64,000 nucleotides of DNA, from the NCBI GenBank assembly GCA_032718475.1, contig JAUCBJ010001263.1:1-64000 (forward strand), in the 5' to 3' direction. Of the stretch, positions 24,176 to 35,100 are shown piece by piece. Position numbers and translations under genes: made by a program. The DNA comes from Nemertoderma westbladi (taxonomy: Eukaryota > Animalia > Xenacoelomorpha). The notes beneath the pieces were generated by a model that saw only the letters and a list, made by a program, of their open reading frames with translations, searched no databases and was not told the origin of the DNA. Within the stretch, counting starts at the first letter, position 1. Every line of letters starts with the position of its first letter.

Positions 24176-25141
24176 TGATATATAATCTCTGACAAATATT
24201 ATTCACTTTCGGGAAATATTAACAGTTCCTTTAGGACGTGGCGCTCTAAATATGTAAACAGAGTTATGACTTAAACTAGACACAACGGGATGGCTATGGA
24301 TTCACGTATATGGCGCATTCTTTAGGAGATGCTTTGTTATCAGTCACAATCATACACAATACTGCACAATGCTGCACACCGATCTGTCGACCTTCACTAA
24401 TTTTAGTCACATATAAAGAGAACAACAACCAATACATGTAGTGCCTATGAAATAGCATTAGATTCACTTCAAAACCACTTTAATGTAAGTCGCAATCGTT
24501 ATATGTAACCGGTCTCTCTTACCTTCAGTATATCAAGAAGATTGAGGGTTTTGTAATTATTTATCGGTATTCCAAATATAATAATATTCCATCAACTGAT
24601 ATAATGAATAACCGACAGTAAATAGCAGTACAAATGTTAAGTTAAGTATGATATGAATTGAATTGTGGTTTGTGAGTAATGTAATGATAACAGATATACG
24701 TTCTATAATTAAGCCTACTAATGTTGGGCTAAAGACTGAAAACACAAGAGATTCCGAAGCCGGTCTTCTGGGCTCAGGACAAAATGTAAACATTGACACA
24801 TAATGCATTGCGCGATTTCTCGGAGGTTTCTGTACAAAAAGCAGGAGAATCGCTCTGATTGGTTGACCGAACAAAGAAACACCAGAGAACAAGGAAAAAG
24901 CTACACGTGTACAGCTCAGCTGTTAGCTGTCGTCATAGTAACTACACTGTTTCAAGAGGATCTAGCGCATTGCGTCATAGAATTTCTAATTATGTCCGCT
25001 AAAGTACACATACAGAAGAAATGGCTTTTGATGTCCCCTAAAACACCAGTACAGTAAGGATACGGCTTTTTATGCCTGTTAAACCAACTACAGAGTACTT
25101 TGCGGGGAAAATAACCGGCTAATTCCGCAAAAGCTTTTACA
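24176..25141 (-). repeat. 3' LTR of BEL element (inferred full length ~966 bp)
   Basis: TG at 24176, CA at 25140-41 followed by ctgctcccag (PPT-like ctgggagcag on - strand); first ~595 bp repeated at 40299-40892; right boundary inferred. Confidence 0.65.
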
Positions 25142-27394
25142 CTGCTCCCAGAAAATGGGATTTTAGTCTATAAAATATAAAAAATCACAGTTTCTAAAAT
25201 ATAAAAATACTCTAAACAGTTAGTCTTTCTTACGCGGACGGCGTTTAAGCAGTTTTTTGAGGCTAGCAAGAGTCCTTTTCTCTTTGGGGCAAGCCACTTT
25301 ACTAGGAGAGCCATAACTCCTGGGTAAAGGGTGCAATACAATTGCATCTGAAGGTTTAGGGTTACGGTCGATGTCTCGTCCATTTCGATATGCTTCTCCT
25401 CGAGCTGATTACCCTCCGCTTATCGTTGGATGCGTTCGTCCAAAACTCTTGCAGAGAATAGGGTCGTCCAAGTTCGATATCTTCTTAGAGATTCTGAATT
25501 TCCTGATCGAATTGAGATAAAGTTAATTCGTTTACCGCTTGGACTTGCTACCGTAATTTACGTTTCTCTAAACAATTGTAGGTTCATTTTCCGCTCTTTT
25601 GACGAATAGTGTCCAACGCGTCTCGTACAACTCTCTCCTCCGCCTCGGTGACAGGTTGTATCGGGTTAAACAGGGACGATGATACGGTTGAATGACGATA
25701 TTAGATGTCCGCGTCCCAATCCGACTAGGTAAGATGGGCGAATATTTAGGGAGCCCACAATCGGAGTGCCACCGACTAACTGTTCGGGTAGCACTAGATC
25801 TTTGAACAGTGAGTACAGTTCGGGAGGATCCGTGATACTATTAGGATCAAGAGTCTGGGTTCTCACTAGGGAATGAGGAGGTCTGATCGAGTATTCCGGA
25901 ACTCGGATCATAGGTTTATTTAAGGATCGTTTGAGTCGAGCGAGCGTAGGTGATACATCGAACAAGTTTCGCTCGAAACTCCCGTAAATATAGCGAGTAA
26001 AACCGTGTTTAAAGCAACGTCTCTACGGATGTTTATGTCTTTCCGTTTGTTGGTTGGGTCTTGGGCATTCATCGTAATAATACCAAAGACGCACGTCTTG
26101 TAGGGGAAACGCGGGTGATATTTATTCGGTTTTACAACGTTTCTCTCAAGGATTCCAAATATACGTTGGAGTTACCGCGTTTATCCGGTTCTTTAACGTC
26201 TTCTCTTTCGAGTCGATTTCGAATAGAATTTTCGCATTCTATTTTCAGTTTATCGTTCCGACTCCGCTGGGTGGGATATTTAAATAGTACCATTTCCCTT
26301 TTCGGTGTCGAAATCGTCCGTATCGTGTAAATCGATAGGATGGCCGGTAGTTAAGAAGTCCATATACGTACCATTACGATGCGTATAGCGAGCGGTGAAC
26401 TTTCTATAATCCAATTCACGCGTAAGTTGCTCCTGGGACATTGGCGGTTCGATATAACGAACATCGTCCTCCGTAGTAGTTGGACCAACGTCACCGCGTA
26501 TCAAGCTATCGACAAACGCTTGTAAAGGTAGAGTATATCGCTCCCTGATACCAAGATCATCTTCTATCAACTCAGTCATATCTGCTATATGAGTTTATCA
26601 ATATTATAATGAGTTTATATATTAGGCTAGCGGGCGTCGCTGTCTACCCCTCTTTTGCCCCCGGACAGTTCAAGATCCTCAGCGCCGATGTACCGTCGTC
26701 GCTGTGCTTTCGCCAACGATGTAGCTACACAACGACAACGATAACCGGCACAAGTCACTCCACTGTCCGTCCCAAAGGCTTAGATGTACTTCAGGTTCTT
26801 TCTGGAGAGTTAGGGCTACTTTCACAATTGCGACTCGCTACTGTAAACACACTTTAGCAGTAACATTCACCTATAAACGCACAAATTCCACACAACTGTC
26901 ACAAACTGTACACATTCGGGCCATTTGTCCGTTAGTCAGTACCTTCCAGAATGTCACGTTATTACTGTGTATCCTTAGATACTAGCAGTGCGCTATTTAT
27001 TCCCTATGTTATTCAATGGGGCAAGCTTTCTATTGTTCTTTTAACTCACTTCTAATTCTAGCGTGGTTGTTGCCATGGTGACATTATGCAAAGCTAGCGG
27101 TAGAATTAGGGTAATTCTCATGCATACAGATCTGGGATGCTATTTAATAGTAATTCTTTAATGGTCAATATCCTCTCTATACATAATTTTATGAATTTTA
27201 TCGGCTATTGACTATATATTGGAGATTCTCGCACACTAATACACTTAATAGAGTGAATCTCCGCTCCCATGATCTATTAATTAATGGAATTTTGGGAATG
27301 TTATAAATTGTATAAAAATGACAATTTATCAAATTCATTAAAATATGAATTTAAATTTATTCCCGTAAATTTTATTATTTAATATTAAATAGAC

Positions 27395-27690
27395 ACAATT
27401 TTATTCCAGAACATGTCTGGGGACTGGGATCCTTGATTCTAGGAAATTGGTCTTTTTAAGAATATCGGTAAGTGCTACGATATCTTAATAGACTAGAATT
27501 TTAAAGGATCTAAAATTTGACAGATTTTGTAAATATTAATAATTAATATTTAGGATAGGCACCAGTTTATTCCAGAACATGTCTGGGGACGTTAACCACT
27601 GATTCTAGAATTTTGTCTTTCAAGTATATCGGTGGGTGCCGCGATATCTTAATCGACTAGAATTGCAGATGGTCAAAGGGTTTAACAGAT
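27395..27690. repeat. ~170-bp tandem duplication in BEL 3' region
   Basis: tttattccagaacatgtctggggac...gatatcttaat.gactagaatt occurs twice. Confidence 0.75.
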
Positions 27691-28237
27691 TTATTTTGCG
27701 TTATACGCTACTGTTAAAGGGACATCACGCTAATATATGTATTATTTAATATACGGTATGAGAGCAATATCGCACGAAGCAATGTCAGTGAGAAGAGGCA
27801 AGTCGTTTCCAAGGTCTACCCAGAGCTTGGTTTAGCCGAGACACGAGGATCTGAATTTTGCATTCCTAATACTCTGCCTACCAATAATACTGGAATATAG
27901 TAGGAGCTTTATTGTACTTTAATAAGTACGGACATTCCATCTTACTGTAGTTACGTATTTGTAATGTAATACGGACAGTAAGGAAAGAGAAAAAGAATTA
28001 TTTCTCGCCGTCGCACTAAATATATAATATATAAGTAATTAAGTAATAAACACTAATATATATTATATTGCACTAGTCTACTAAATAATCGCTAAAAGAA
28101 CATTCTACTAAATAAAATTAAAGAAAACGATTATAATAAAATTACATAATAATACATACATAAATATAAAAGAATAAAAACAAATACAAATATAGTCACA
28201 CACCCACTCCAGCCGTTGTTAAGTTGGGGAGTCCCTA

Positions 28238-29665
28238 TAGTGGGGTCGCTTAAGGTAAAAATCGTTAATTGCCGGACAAAAGCATGAAAAAGTCACTATA
28301 TATGTAAAAAAATGTGTAGATTAATCTGAGCCTGTGTACCAAAAAAATTGACTACATCCCTAGCAACAGGGTGACTTTTTCATAGCAACCGGGTAAAATT
28401 GGTCGTTTCTGTTATTGAAACTCGCCATAAACAAAAATTACGATTATATAACTTATTAGTTTATAATATAAGTCTGTACATGTTTCCATAGCAACAAGGA
28501 GACCTTTCCCTAGCAACCACTGTATATTTAATGAAATTATGATTGAAACTTGGGATAATCAACATGTCTAGCAATATAAGATGTTAGTAGTTACATAGGA
28601 GCTTTGATGCACGTTTCCATAGTAACAAAAGGTGATATCTATGTTTAAAAAATATTGCACTTTTGGCTTTATGAGAATAATGTGTTTATACATCAAATAC
28701 ACAGCCACAAGACTGTAAAAAAAAAGTTAAAATTATTCAGTATTATACTTATTCCATTTCTTTTAATTATACGAATCATATGTGTCATTGATATACAATA
28801 AGCCTATATCTAACAATCTATAAAAAGTAGTACTTCGAACAATTTTTACTATTTCGCTTGCAAGGTCCGGTTTATTAAGGTTTTAGATAAGTCATAAGGC
28901 ACACAAAGGGTGGCCACGTCTGTTGAATTGTTTGTTTTAATTCCTTTACAAATACATGTAAAATGGAATAATACTTAATCGACAATTAAGTAGGCCTACC
29001 GGTACTTAATCACTGAAATCAATAAATAAACAGTAAATTATTATATTTATATAGGAAAATACAAGTCGCAATTATATATTTATTAAATAAAACATTTGGT
29101 TTATAAAATTATTTGTTTAAAATCAAACAGTCGCATAAAAATTGAAAAAAAAGTTACTAGTTACAAAAAGTTTAAACGTTACTTACCAATCTTATATTGC
29201 TATACAGGTTGATTATCCCAAGTTTCAATTAGAATTTCAGGCAGTTGCTAGGGGAAGGTCACCTTGTTGCTAAGGAAACGCGTATCAGAACCGATGTCAC
29301 TACTAACTAACTTCTATTACTAGACAGGTTGATTATCGCAAGTTTCAATCATAATTACATTAATATACAGCGGTTGCTAGGGATAGGTCACCTTGTTGCT
29401 ATGGAAACATGTACACGACTTATATTTTTAAACCAACCCAGTTATATAATTGTAATTTTTCTATATGGCGAGTTTTAATAACAGATACGACCAAAAGTAC
29501 CCGGTTGCTATGAAAAAGTTACCCTGTTGCTAGGGAAGTAGTCAATTATTTTGGTACACAGGCTCAGATTAATCTACACATTTTTTTACATATATAGTCT
29601 CATTTTCATGCTTTTGTCCGGCAATTAACGATTTTGCTATATTTTAGCCTTAAACGACCCCACTA
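28238..29665. mobile_element. foldback MITE with ~400-bp imperfect TIRs, probably Academ-related, inserted in BEL 3' region
   Basis: tagtggggtcgcttaagg... / ...ccttaaacgaccccacta; CTA on both flanks (3-bp TSD; a TA-TSD reading is also possible); termini resemble those of the element at 49938-54550. Confidence 0.8.
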
Positions 29666-29733
29666 CTAGATGTTTGTTGGATTAGGGAGGTGGTCGTGGG
29701 AAGAGTATCTTGCTTTCCATAGTTTCCGGAGAG

Positions 29734-32700
29734 TTATCTGTCTCTTTCCAGTAAACATAAACGACCAACTGGGCGATTGAGCTGCTGTGTCTCGAAGACA
29801 ATTCCCGGTTTCTTGAAGTTACGTCGCATGACGACGAGTTCTACCGATCGCACCAAACCGTCATCCGAGATGTGAGTCTCGATGATACGACCTGTCTGCC
29901 ACCGCTTACGTGGAAGATCTGAATCCACAATAAGGGCCATGTCTCCAGCGCTGACGTTTTCTTGCTGCGCAAACCACTTCGTTCGAAGTTGTAGCGTGGG
30001 TAGATAATGTTTTTCGAAATGGTCAGCGAAACGACGAGATAACAACTGCATGAGTTGCCAAGTTTGCCGGCAGTATTCGTCTCCGTCTGTGATTTCCGAT
30101 TGTGGGAGCATGGCTACAGGTTTCTTCAGTAGGAAGTGCGCGGGTGTTAGCGCTTCCAGGGAATCGGGACTCGATGAGACTGGCATAAGCGGTCTCTCGT
30201 TGAGATAGGCGGCGATTTCCTCCATTAACGTCCGCAAAAGTTCGTCGGTGAGATACGCGCGGCACGGCACTATAAAGTGAAATGCGGTCTTCACACTTCT
30301 GATTAATCTCTCCCAACTTCCTCCCCACCAAGGGGCGTCGGCGGCGTTGAAGGTCCAGCTAGACGCTGTTACCCTTAGCTGATTGTCCACCTGTCTTTGG
30401 TTCCAATCTTTGACGTAAGCTTTGATTTCATTGTTGGCACCAATGAAGTTTGTTCCCTTATCAGATCTCATCGTGTTACTAGTGCCAAAGCGAGCGATCT
30501 GTCGTCGTAAGCTTAATAGGAAGCTGTTGGTAGATAAATCGTTCACCATATCGAGATGGATAGCTCTACAAGTCATACAAACAAAGATGACACACCATCT
30601 CTTGACTATAGTCCTAGCACGATATACTTCAATAGGGCCAAATAAATCTACACCGGTATTAGTAAAGGGTGGTTCATAGAAGCTTACTCGTTCCCTAGGT
30701 AATTCTGCCTCTCGCTGTGTTAAAGGCCTACTGAATGCTTTCCTACAGGGTATGCAGTTCCTAAGAACTTGGTTCAGAGCTCTATAAAAATAATAGCGAG
30801 TTCGAATTTCGCTAAGAACTCGTTCTCTACCAGCATGATAAAGTTTGCTGTGAACATCTACAATCATCTTGACTTGTATTTCAAGATTTCTAATGAGTAT
30901 GGGAAACTTAGTGTCAAAGGATAATGGAGTATTCGTTAATCTTCCTCCAACACGTATCAACCCATCTATCATTGTGCTAGAGAAACGATCCCTTAAGCGC
31001 ATCTGTGGATTTCTCAACAACAGGAAATACTTATCGGAATCATCATAGCATTGCAGGAGTCTCAGCATCTGCTTGTTGGTTTCTTCATGCTCCTGATAAC
31101 TGATTTTCTCCTTCAGAAACCTGTCGGATATCTTATATTTGGGAAGATCTTTAACGACATGGATCTGCACTGATGTCAGCGGAGCGGTATCACTATTGGT
31201 CTTCGTCCCGGAGTAGTGATGATGAAAACATCTTTTTAAATATGTAACGGCCTTACAGAGCCGATTCCAGGAACTGTAGTGATGTATCGCTCTCTGCAGG
31301 AGAGGTGAGAGTCCTTGCGAGACGTCTGGTATTCCAGATTTCCAATCCTTCTCACGGATTTCCACAACAAACTTATTTGTGGCTGTGGGTTTCTGATCCA
31401 AAGCATCGTCTCCGGAAGTATGTAGTACAGACAGATCTACCATAGGTTTAAATAACTTCGATTTACTCGCCCGAGTTTTAGGTTTGACTTTCTCCGCTCC
31501 CTTGGCCTGTCTGATCTCTGCCGTAGTAAGATGAGGAGGCCATTCTTCTTCTTCTTTGTAGAGGAAGTCGGGTCCACCTAACCAGTCTGGAGTATCTACC
31601 AGTTCTTGTGGAGTAGCTCCCATGGAGGCGATGTCTGCTGGATTGATCATTCCGGGGCAATGTCTCCATTGATCCATCTTCGTGCGACTAAGTATAATGG
31701 CTACTCTGTTGGTAACGAAGACGCTGAACTGACAGACTTCATTGGTTATATACTCCAACACGAGTAAAGCATCGGTCCAATAGACAGTTTTCTCCAGTGG
31801 ATAGTCGATCTGTTCTGTTACATTCCGGCCGATGGCTGTAGCGTATAGAGCCGCTTTTAACTCCGCTCGAGGAACTTTCAACTTGTTGTTTATCAATGCC
31901 TTAGAAGTAACCAAGGCGACTTTGATTCCATCCGGAGTTTCCACTCTTAGGTAGGCTACTATACCTATTCCCATATCGCTGGCGTCTCCAAACACATGGA
32001 GTTGATAGGAATACGTAGGGAGAACATGACCAAAATATGAACGGGAAATTATAAAGTTCTCGATGGCTGGTAGAGAATCTTCCCATTTCATCCACTTCTT
32101 TAATAATTCTCCCTTAAGTGGATCGTCCCATGAGTGGTTTTCAAGCCACATTTGTTGTACTAAACGCCGAGCAATCAATATAACTGGGCTAATAAATCCC
32201 AATGGATCGAAATAAGTGCTCAGGATACTTAAACAAATCCGTTTTGTCCGAACTGGATTATCTCGCTGTTTTAGCTGGAAAAACAGGATATCTCTCTCTG
32301 TGTCCCATTTCAAACCAAGTGTCTTGGTTTCTGGAAGATCATCTTTGATTAGATCTAGGTCTTTCGCTCCTCGATCTTCTACCGGGATCGACTCCAGAAA
32401 CTCACGGGAGTTGCTGGTGAATTTAGTTAATCGAAATCCACCTCTTTTTAAGCACTCTACCGTTCCTTTAGCAACATCAATGGCTTCTTCGACTGATGGA
32501 AGGGACTTTAGGTTGTCGTCCATGTATATATCCCGTTTGATGTTGTCAATCACCTCTTTAGAGAAGGCTTCTCGGTTGTCATCCGCAGTGGTGCGCACCA
32601 CTGAACAGGCGTTTGAAGGGCTTGAGATTATCCCAAAAGCCTGGATGGTCATCCAGTACTCCACCGGTTTCTGGTTGAGGTCTCCTTCAGGCCACCACAG

Positions 32701-35100
32701 AAATCGTAGGCTATCTCGATCCCGATCCAGCGCCTTGACTTGTAAGAACATGCCTTCTATATCTGAGGCGAAAGCGATTGAATATTGTCTTAATCTTAAG
32801 AGTATTCCCAACAAGGATTGGAGTAAGTTGGGTCCGGGTAACAATTCGGAATTAAGGGATTGGCCCATGTAGAGGGCGGAGCCGTCAAACACTACTCGTA
32901 CCTCATGGGGTTTACCGGGTTTGGGAATGTAATGGTGAGTTAAATAATACGTTCTCTCAGTTATAGATGTTTCGTCCGGTACTCGCTCCGCATATCCCTT
33001 GCTAATAAATTTCTTCAACTGCGTTTGATACATTTCTTTAGCTGAAGAATTTGCCGTAAGGCGTCGATGGAGTTGAGCAATTCTTTTCTCCGCCAAGGGT
33101 CTGTTGTTTATGAACTTTGGTTCTCGCTTTCGGAAAGGTAGACCGATTTCATATCTACCTTGATCTTTAAGAAAACGTGTAGTTGTCTCTTGGATCTGCT
33201 TGGCTCTTTCTTCTTCTACCGATAGGGCCTTATCGTAGGAATTGGGCTCTACAGCCTCTTGAGTAAAGAATCGTACGGCGTGTTCATCCCGAGTCTTGGC
33301 ATTATAACGTTCAATGACGTCATTAAGTTCGTCGTTATAGTCGTCTCGTTCTGATGGACGAAGGAGCTGACATAAGTTTACTTGGTTTTGCCAAGTCTCG
33401 TTTTCCTTAAGGAGATCAATGGTATTCTCCTCGTCGAAGAGTTGGTGGACATCGTCATTATCTGAGGAGTATGGTGTTCCCTCAGTTGGATCGTCTAACT
33501 CACTGCTCTCAACTTCCCATTCTCTTACTTGATATACCTGATCTTTCGGTAATCTTTCCATGAGAGTTCTACGGGAAGGGCCAGTAAAGTACCAACCCAC
33601 TCTAGTTCTTCCCGCATAAGCTTGTAGTGGTTGCGGTTGAGCAGGCCGTTTCTCCAATGTCTCGAGCGCCTCATGCGCATTTTGACCGATGAGTATTTGC
33701 ACTCCAGCGTAATCGGTGGCGAATCTAGGTATTTCAAGCTGCTGGGTGAAATCGTCCTCATCCCAGTTATAAGGTTCCACTTGGCTGGTAGCGAAGTTCT
33801 TTATCGCCACCATCTTTACTGACCTTATACTATGTTCTCCTAGTTTATCCTGGGGGGTGGACAACGCACCTACATAATAATCCGCTATTACTGTAGATTT
33901 CCAAACCTGCATAATTCCTGACATGTTTAGCTTAGTTCGGAACTTGGGTTGTCCAGCAAAGATGTCTTCGGCTAGTTCTTTGTCGATGAATGTTCCTGTA
34001 CTACCGGAGTCAAGGAGGGCGTTCACTATATAACTCCTTTTAGGTCCGTGGACCCTTAACTGTACCACAGGAAATTCTCGAATTCCTACATTGGAAGTTG
34101 GCGCTTTCCAAGATGGTTGTCGATCAGAAGTAGTTAGGGTGAGGTCGCTGTCTGTGTCTTTTTCATACGTAAGTGCTCGATACACTGCGGTATTTATCAT
34201 GTAACAGGATTCATCTTCGTCGGAGAATTCATCCGTATAGAATCTTTCCATCTCAGAAGAACTTTGGTCAGTGTCGTTCACATCACTGAATTGGACATGT
34301 AGTTCGGAATCACTTACCTGACTCGGACTGTTTCGTTCGAATTCAGTGTGCAACAAGATATGATGTTTCGCACCGCACTTTGCACACCTTGTGTCGGAGT
34401 AACAGGTTCGCCGTTGGTGTCCTTGTCTGAGGCAATTATAACACAACCGCTTATCCCACATGACTTCACGTCTCTCAGTTAATGATTTCTTTAGGAATTC
34501 ATCACACATATTCAAACGGTGGGTCCCGTCACATAGCACACATTTCGGTTTGATGTTACTTACCTTATTTTGAATAACATTGTGCACACTCGTTCTTTCT
34601 TCGGGCTTTCTCACCTGAATTCTCTTAGGAGACGTAGGAGGAGTTTTTCTTACCTGTTCTCTCCTGTCATTGGTTCGAGACTTGAATTTACTTACCTGTT
34701 CTTTAGGCGTTTTATTGACATAATAAGATCTTTCAGTGTCTTTCCCGCTGTCCTCTTCTTGAGAAGTCTGGCTTTCGCCGTCGTCGGTATAACACACTGG
34801 TGTTACCTTTCTCCTAGAAACGGGTTTCTCACTTACCTTGTTTTCCGGTGTCTTCTCTCTGGACTGCTTTAGGAGCTGTAATTTCACTTCTCCATCTAAG
34901 AATGACATGAGATCAGCCATGGTAGGGTCTCGTCGTTGCTGTTCCATCATATATAACACTTTCTTATCCCAGCGTGTACCTACTCCACCCTTCGGTAAAG
35001 TAGAGGCCACAGCTCCAATAACCATAGAACTCTGATATTCATGAGACTTACCTAGCCAATCTAATTGTCTACAGATCTCCTGAATCTCATCGGAAAACTC
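29734..35100 (-). CDS. BEL Gag C-terminus + Pol (zinc knuckles, protease, RT, RNase H, integrase)
   Basis: frame open from 35100 (EFSDEIQEIC...) through ORF 29734..35025; CVLC..H..C, CYNC...H...C, CAKC..HH..LH; ALLDSGS; YMDD; VFGDAS; GVDLFGP, RSDKGTNF, GGSWERLI. Confidence 0.96.
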   Translation of the reverse strand, partial: EFSDEIQEICRQLDWLGKSHEYQSSMVIGAVASTLPKGGVGTRWDKKVLYMMEQQRRDPTMADLMSFLDGEVKLQLLKQSREKTPENKVSEKPVSRRKVTPVCYTDDGESQTSQEEDSGKDTERSYYVNKTPKEQVSKFKSRTNDRREQVRKTPPTSPKRIQVRKPEERTSVHNVIQNKVSNIKPKCVLCDGTHRLNMCDEFLKKSLTERREVMWDKRLCYNCLRQGHQRRTCYSDTRCAKCGAKHHILLHTEFERNSPSQVSDSELHVQFSDVNDTDQSSSEMERFYTDEFSDEDESCYMINTAVYRALTYEKDTDSDLTLTTSDRQPSWKAPTSNVGIREFPVVQLRVHGPKRSYIVNALLDSGSTGTFIDKELAEDIFAGQPKFRTKLNMSGIMQVWKSTVIADYYVGALSTPQDKLGEHSIRSVKMVAIKNFATSQVEPYNWDEDDFTQQLEIPRFATDYAGVQILIGQNAHEALETLEKRPAQPQPLQAYAGRTRVGWYFTGPSRRTLMERLPKDQVYQVREWEVESSELDDPTEGTPYSSDNDDVHQLFDEENTIDLLKENETWQNQVNLCQLLRPSERDDYNDELNDVIERYNAKTRDEHAVRFFTQEAVEPNSYDKALSVEEERAKQIQETTTRFLKDQGRYEIGLPFRKREPKFINNRPLAEKRIAQLHRRLTANSSAKEMYQTQLKKFISKGYAERVPDETSITERTYYLTHHYIPKPGKPHEVRVVFDGSALYMGQSLNSELLPGPNLLQSLLGILLRLRQYSIAFASDIEGMFLQVKALDRDRDSLRFLWWPEGDLNQKPVEYWMTIQAFGIISSPSNACSVVRTTADDNREAFSKEVIDNIKRDIYMDDNLKSLPSVEEAIDVAKGTVECLKRGGFRLTKFTSNSREFLESIPVEDRGAKDLDLIKDDLPETKTLGLKWDTERDILFFQLKQRDNPVRTKRICLSILSTYFDPLGFISPVILIARRLVQQMWLENHSWDDPLKGELLKKWMKWEDSLPAIENFIISRSYFGHVLPTYSYQLHVFGDASDMGIGIVAYLRVETPDGIKVALVTSKALINNKLKVPRAELKAALYATAIGRNVTEQIDYPLEKTVYWTDALLVLEYITNEVCQFSVFVTNRVAIILSRTKMDQWRHCPGMINPADIASMGATPQELVDTPDWLGGPDFLYKEEEEWPPHLTTAEIRQAKGAEKVKPKTRASKSKLFKPMVDLSVLHTSGDDALDQKPTATNKFVVEIREKDWKSGIPDVSQGLSPLLQRAIHHYSSWNRLCKAVTYLKRCFHHHYSGTKTNSDTAPLTSVQIHVVKDLPKYKISDRFLKEKISYQEHEETNKQMLRLLQCYDDSDKYFLLLRNPQMRLRDRFSSTMIDGLIRVGGRLTNTPLSFDTKFPILIRNLEIQVKMIVDVHSKLYHAGRERVLSEIRTRYYFYRALNQVLRNCIPCRKAFSRPLTQREAELPRERVSFYEPPFTNTGVDLFGPIEVYRARTIVKRWCVIFVCMTCRAIHLDMVNDLSTNSFLLSLRRQIARFGTSNTMRSDKGTNFIGANNEIKAYVKDWNQRQVDNQLRVTASSWTFNAADAPWWGGSWERLIRSVKTAFHFIVPCRAYLTDELLRTLMEEIAAYLNERPLMPVSSSPDSLEALTPAHFLLKKPVAMLPQSEITDGDEYCRQTWQLMQLLSRRFADHFEKHYLPTLQLRTKWFAQQENVSAGDMALIVDSDLPRKRWQTGRIIETHISDDGLVRSVELVVMRRNFKKPGIVFETQQLNRPVGRLCLLERDR

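Noticed and set aside
24557-24892. Hydrophobic ORF duplicated at 40678-40917 as env/TM protein
   Set aside because: Lies within the LTR; duplication is explained by the LTR; AT-rich spurious translation
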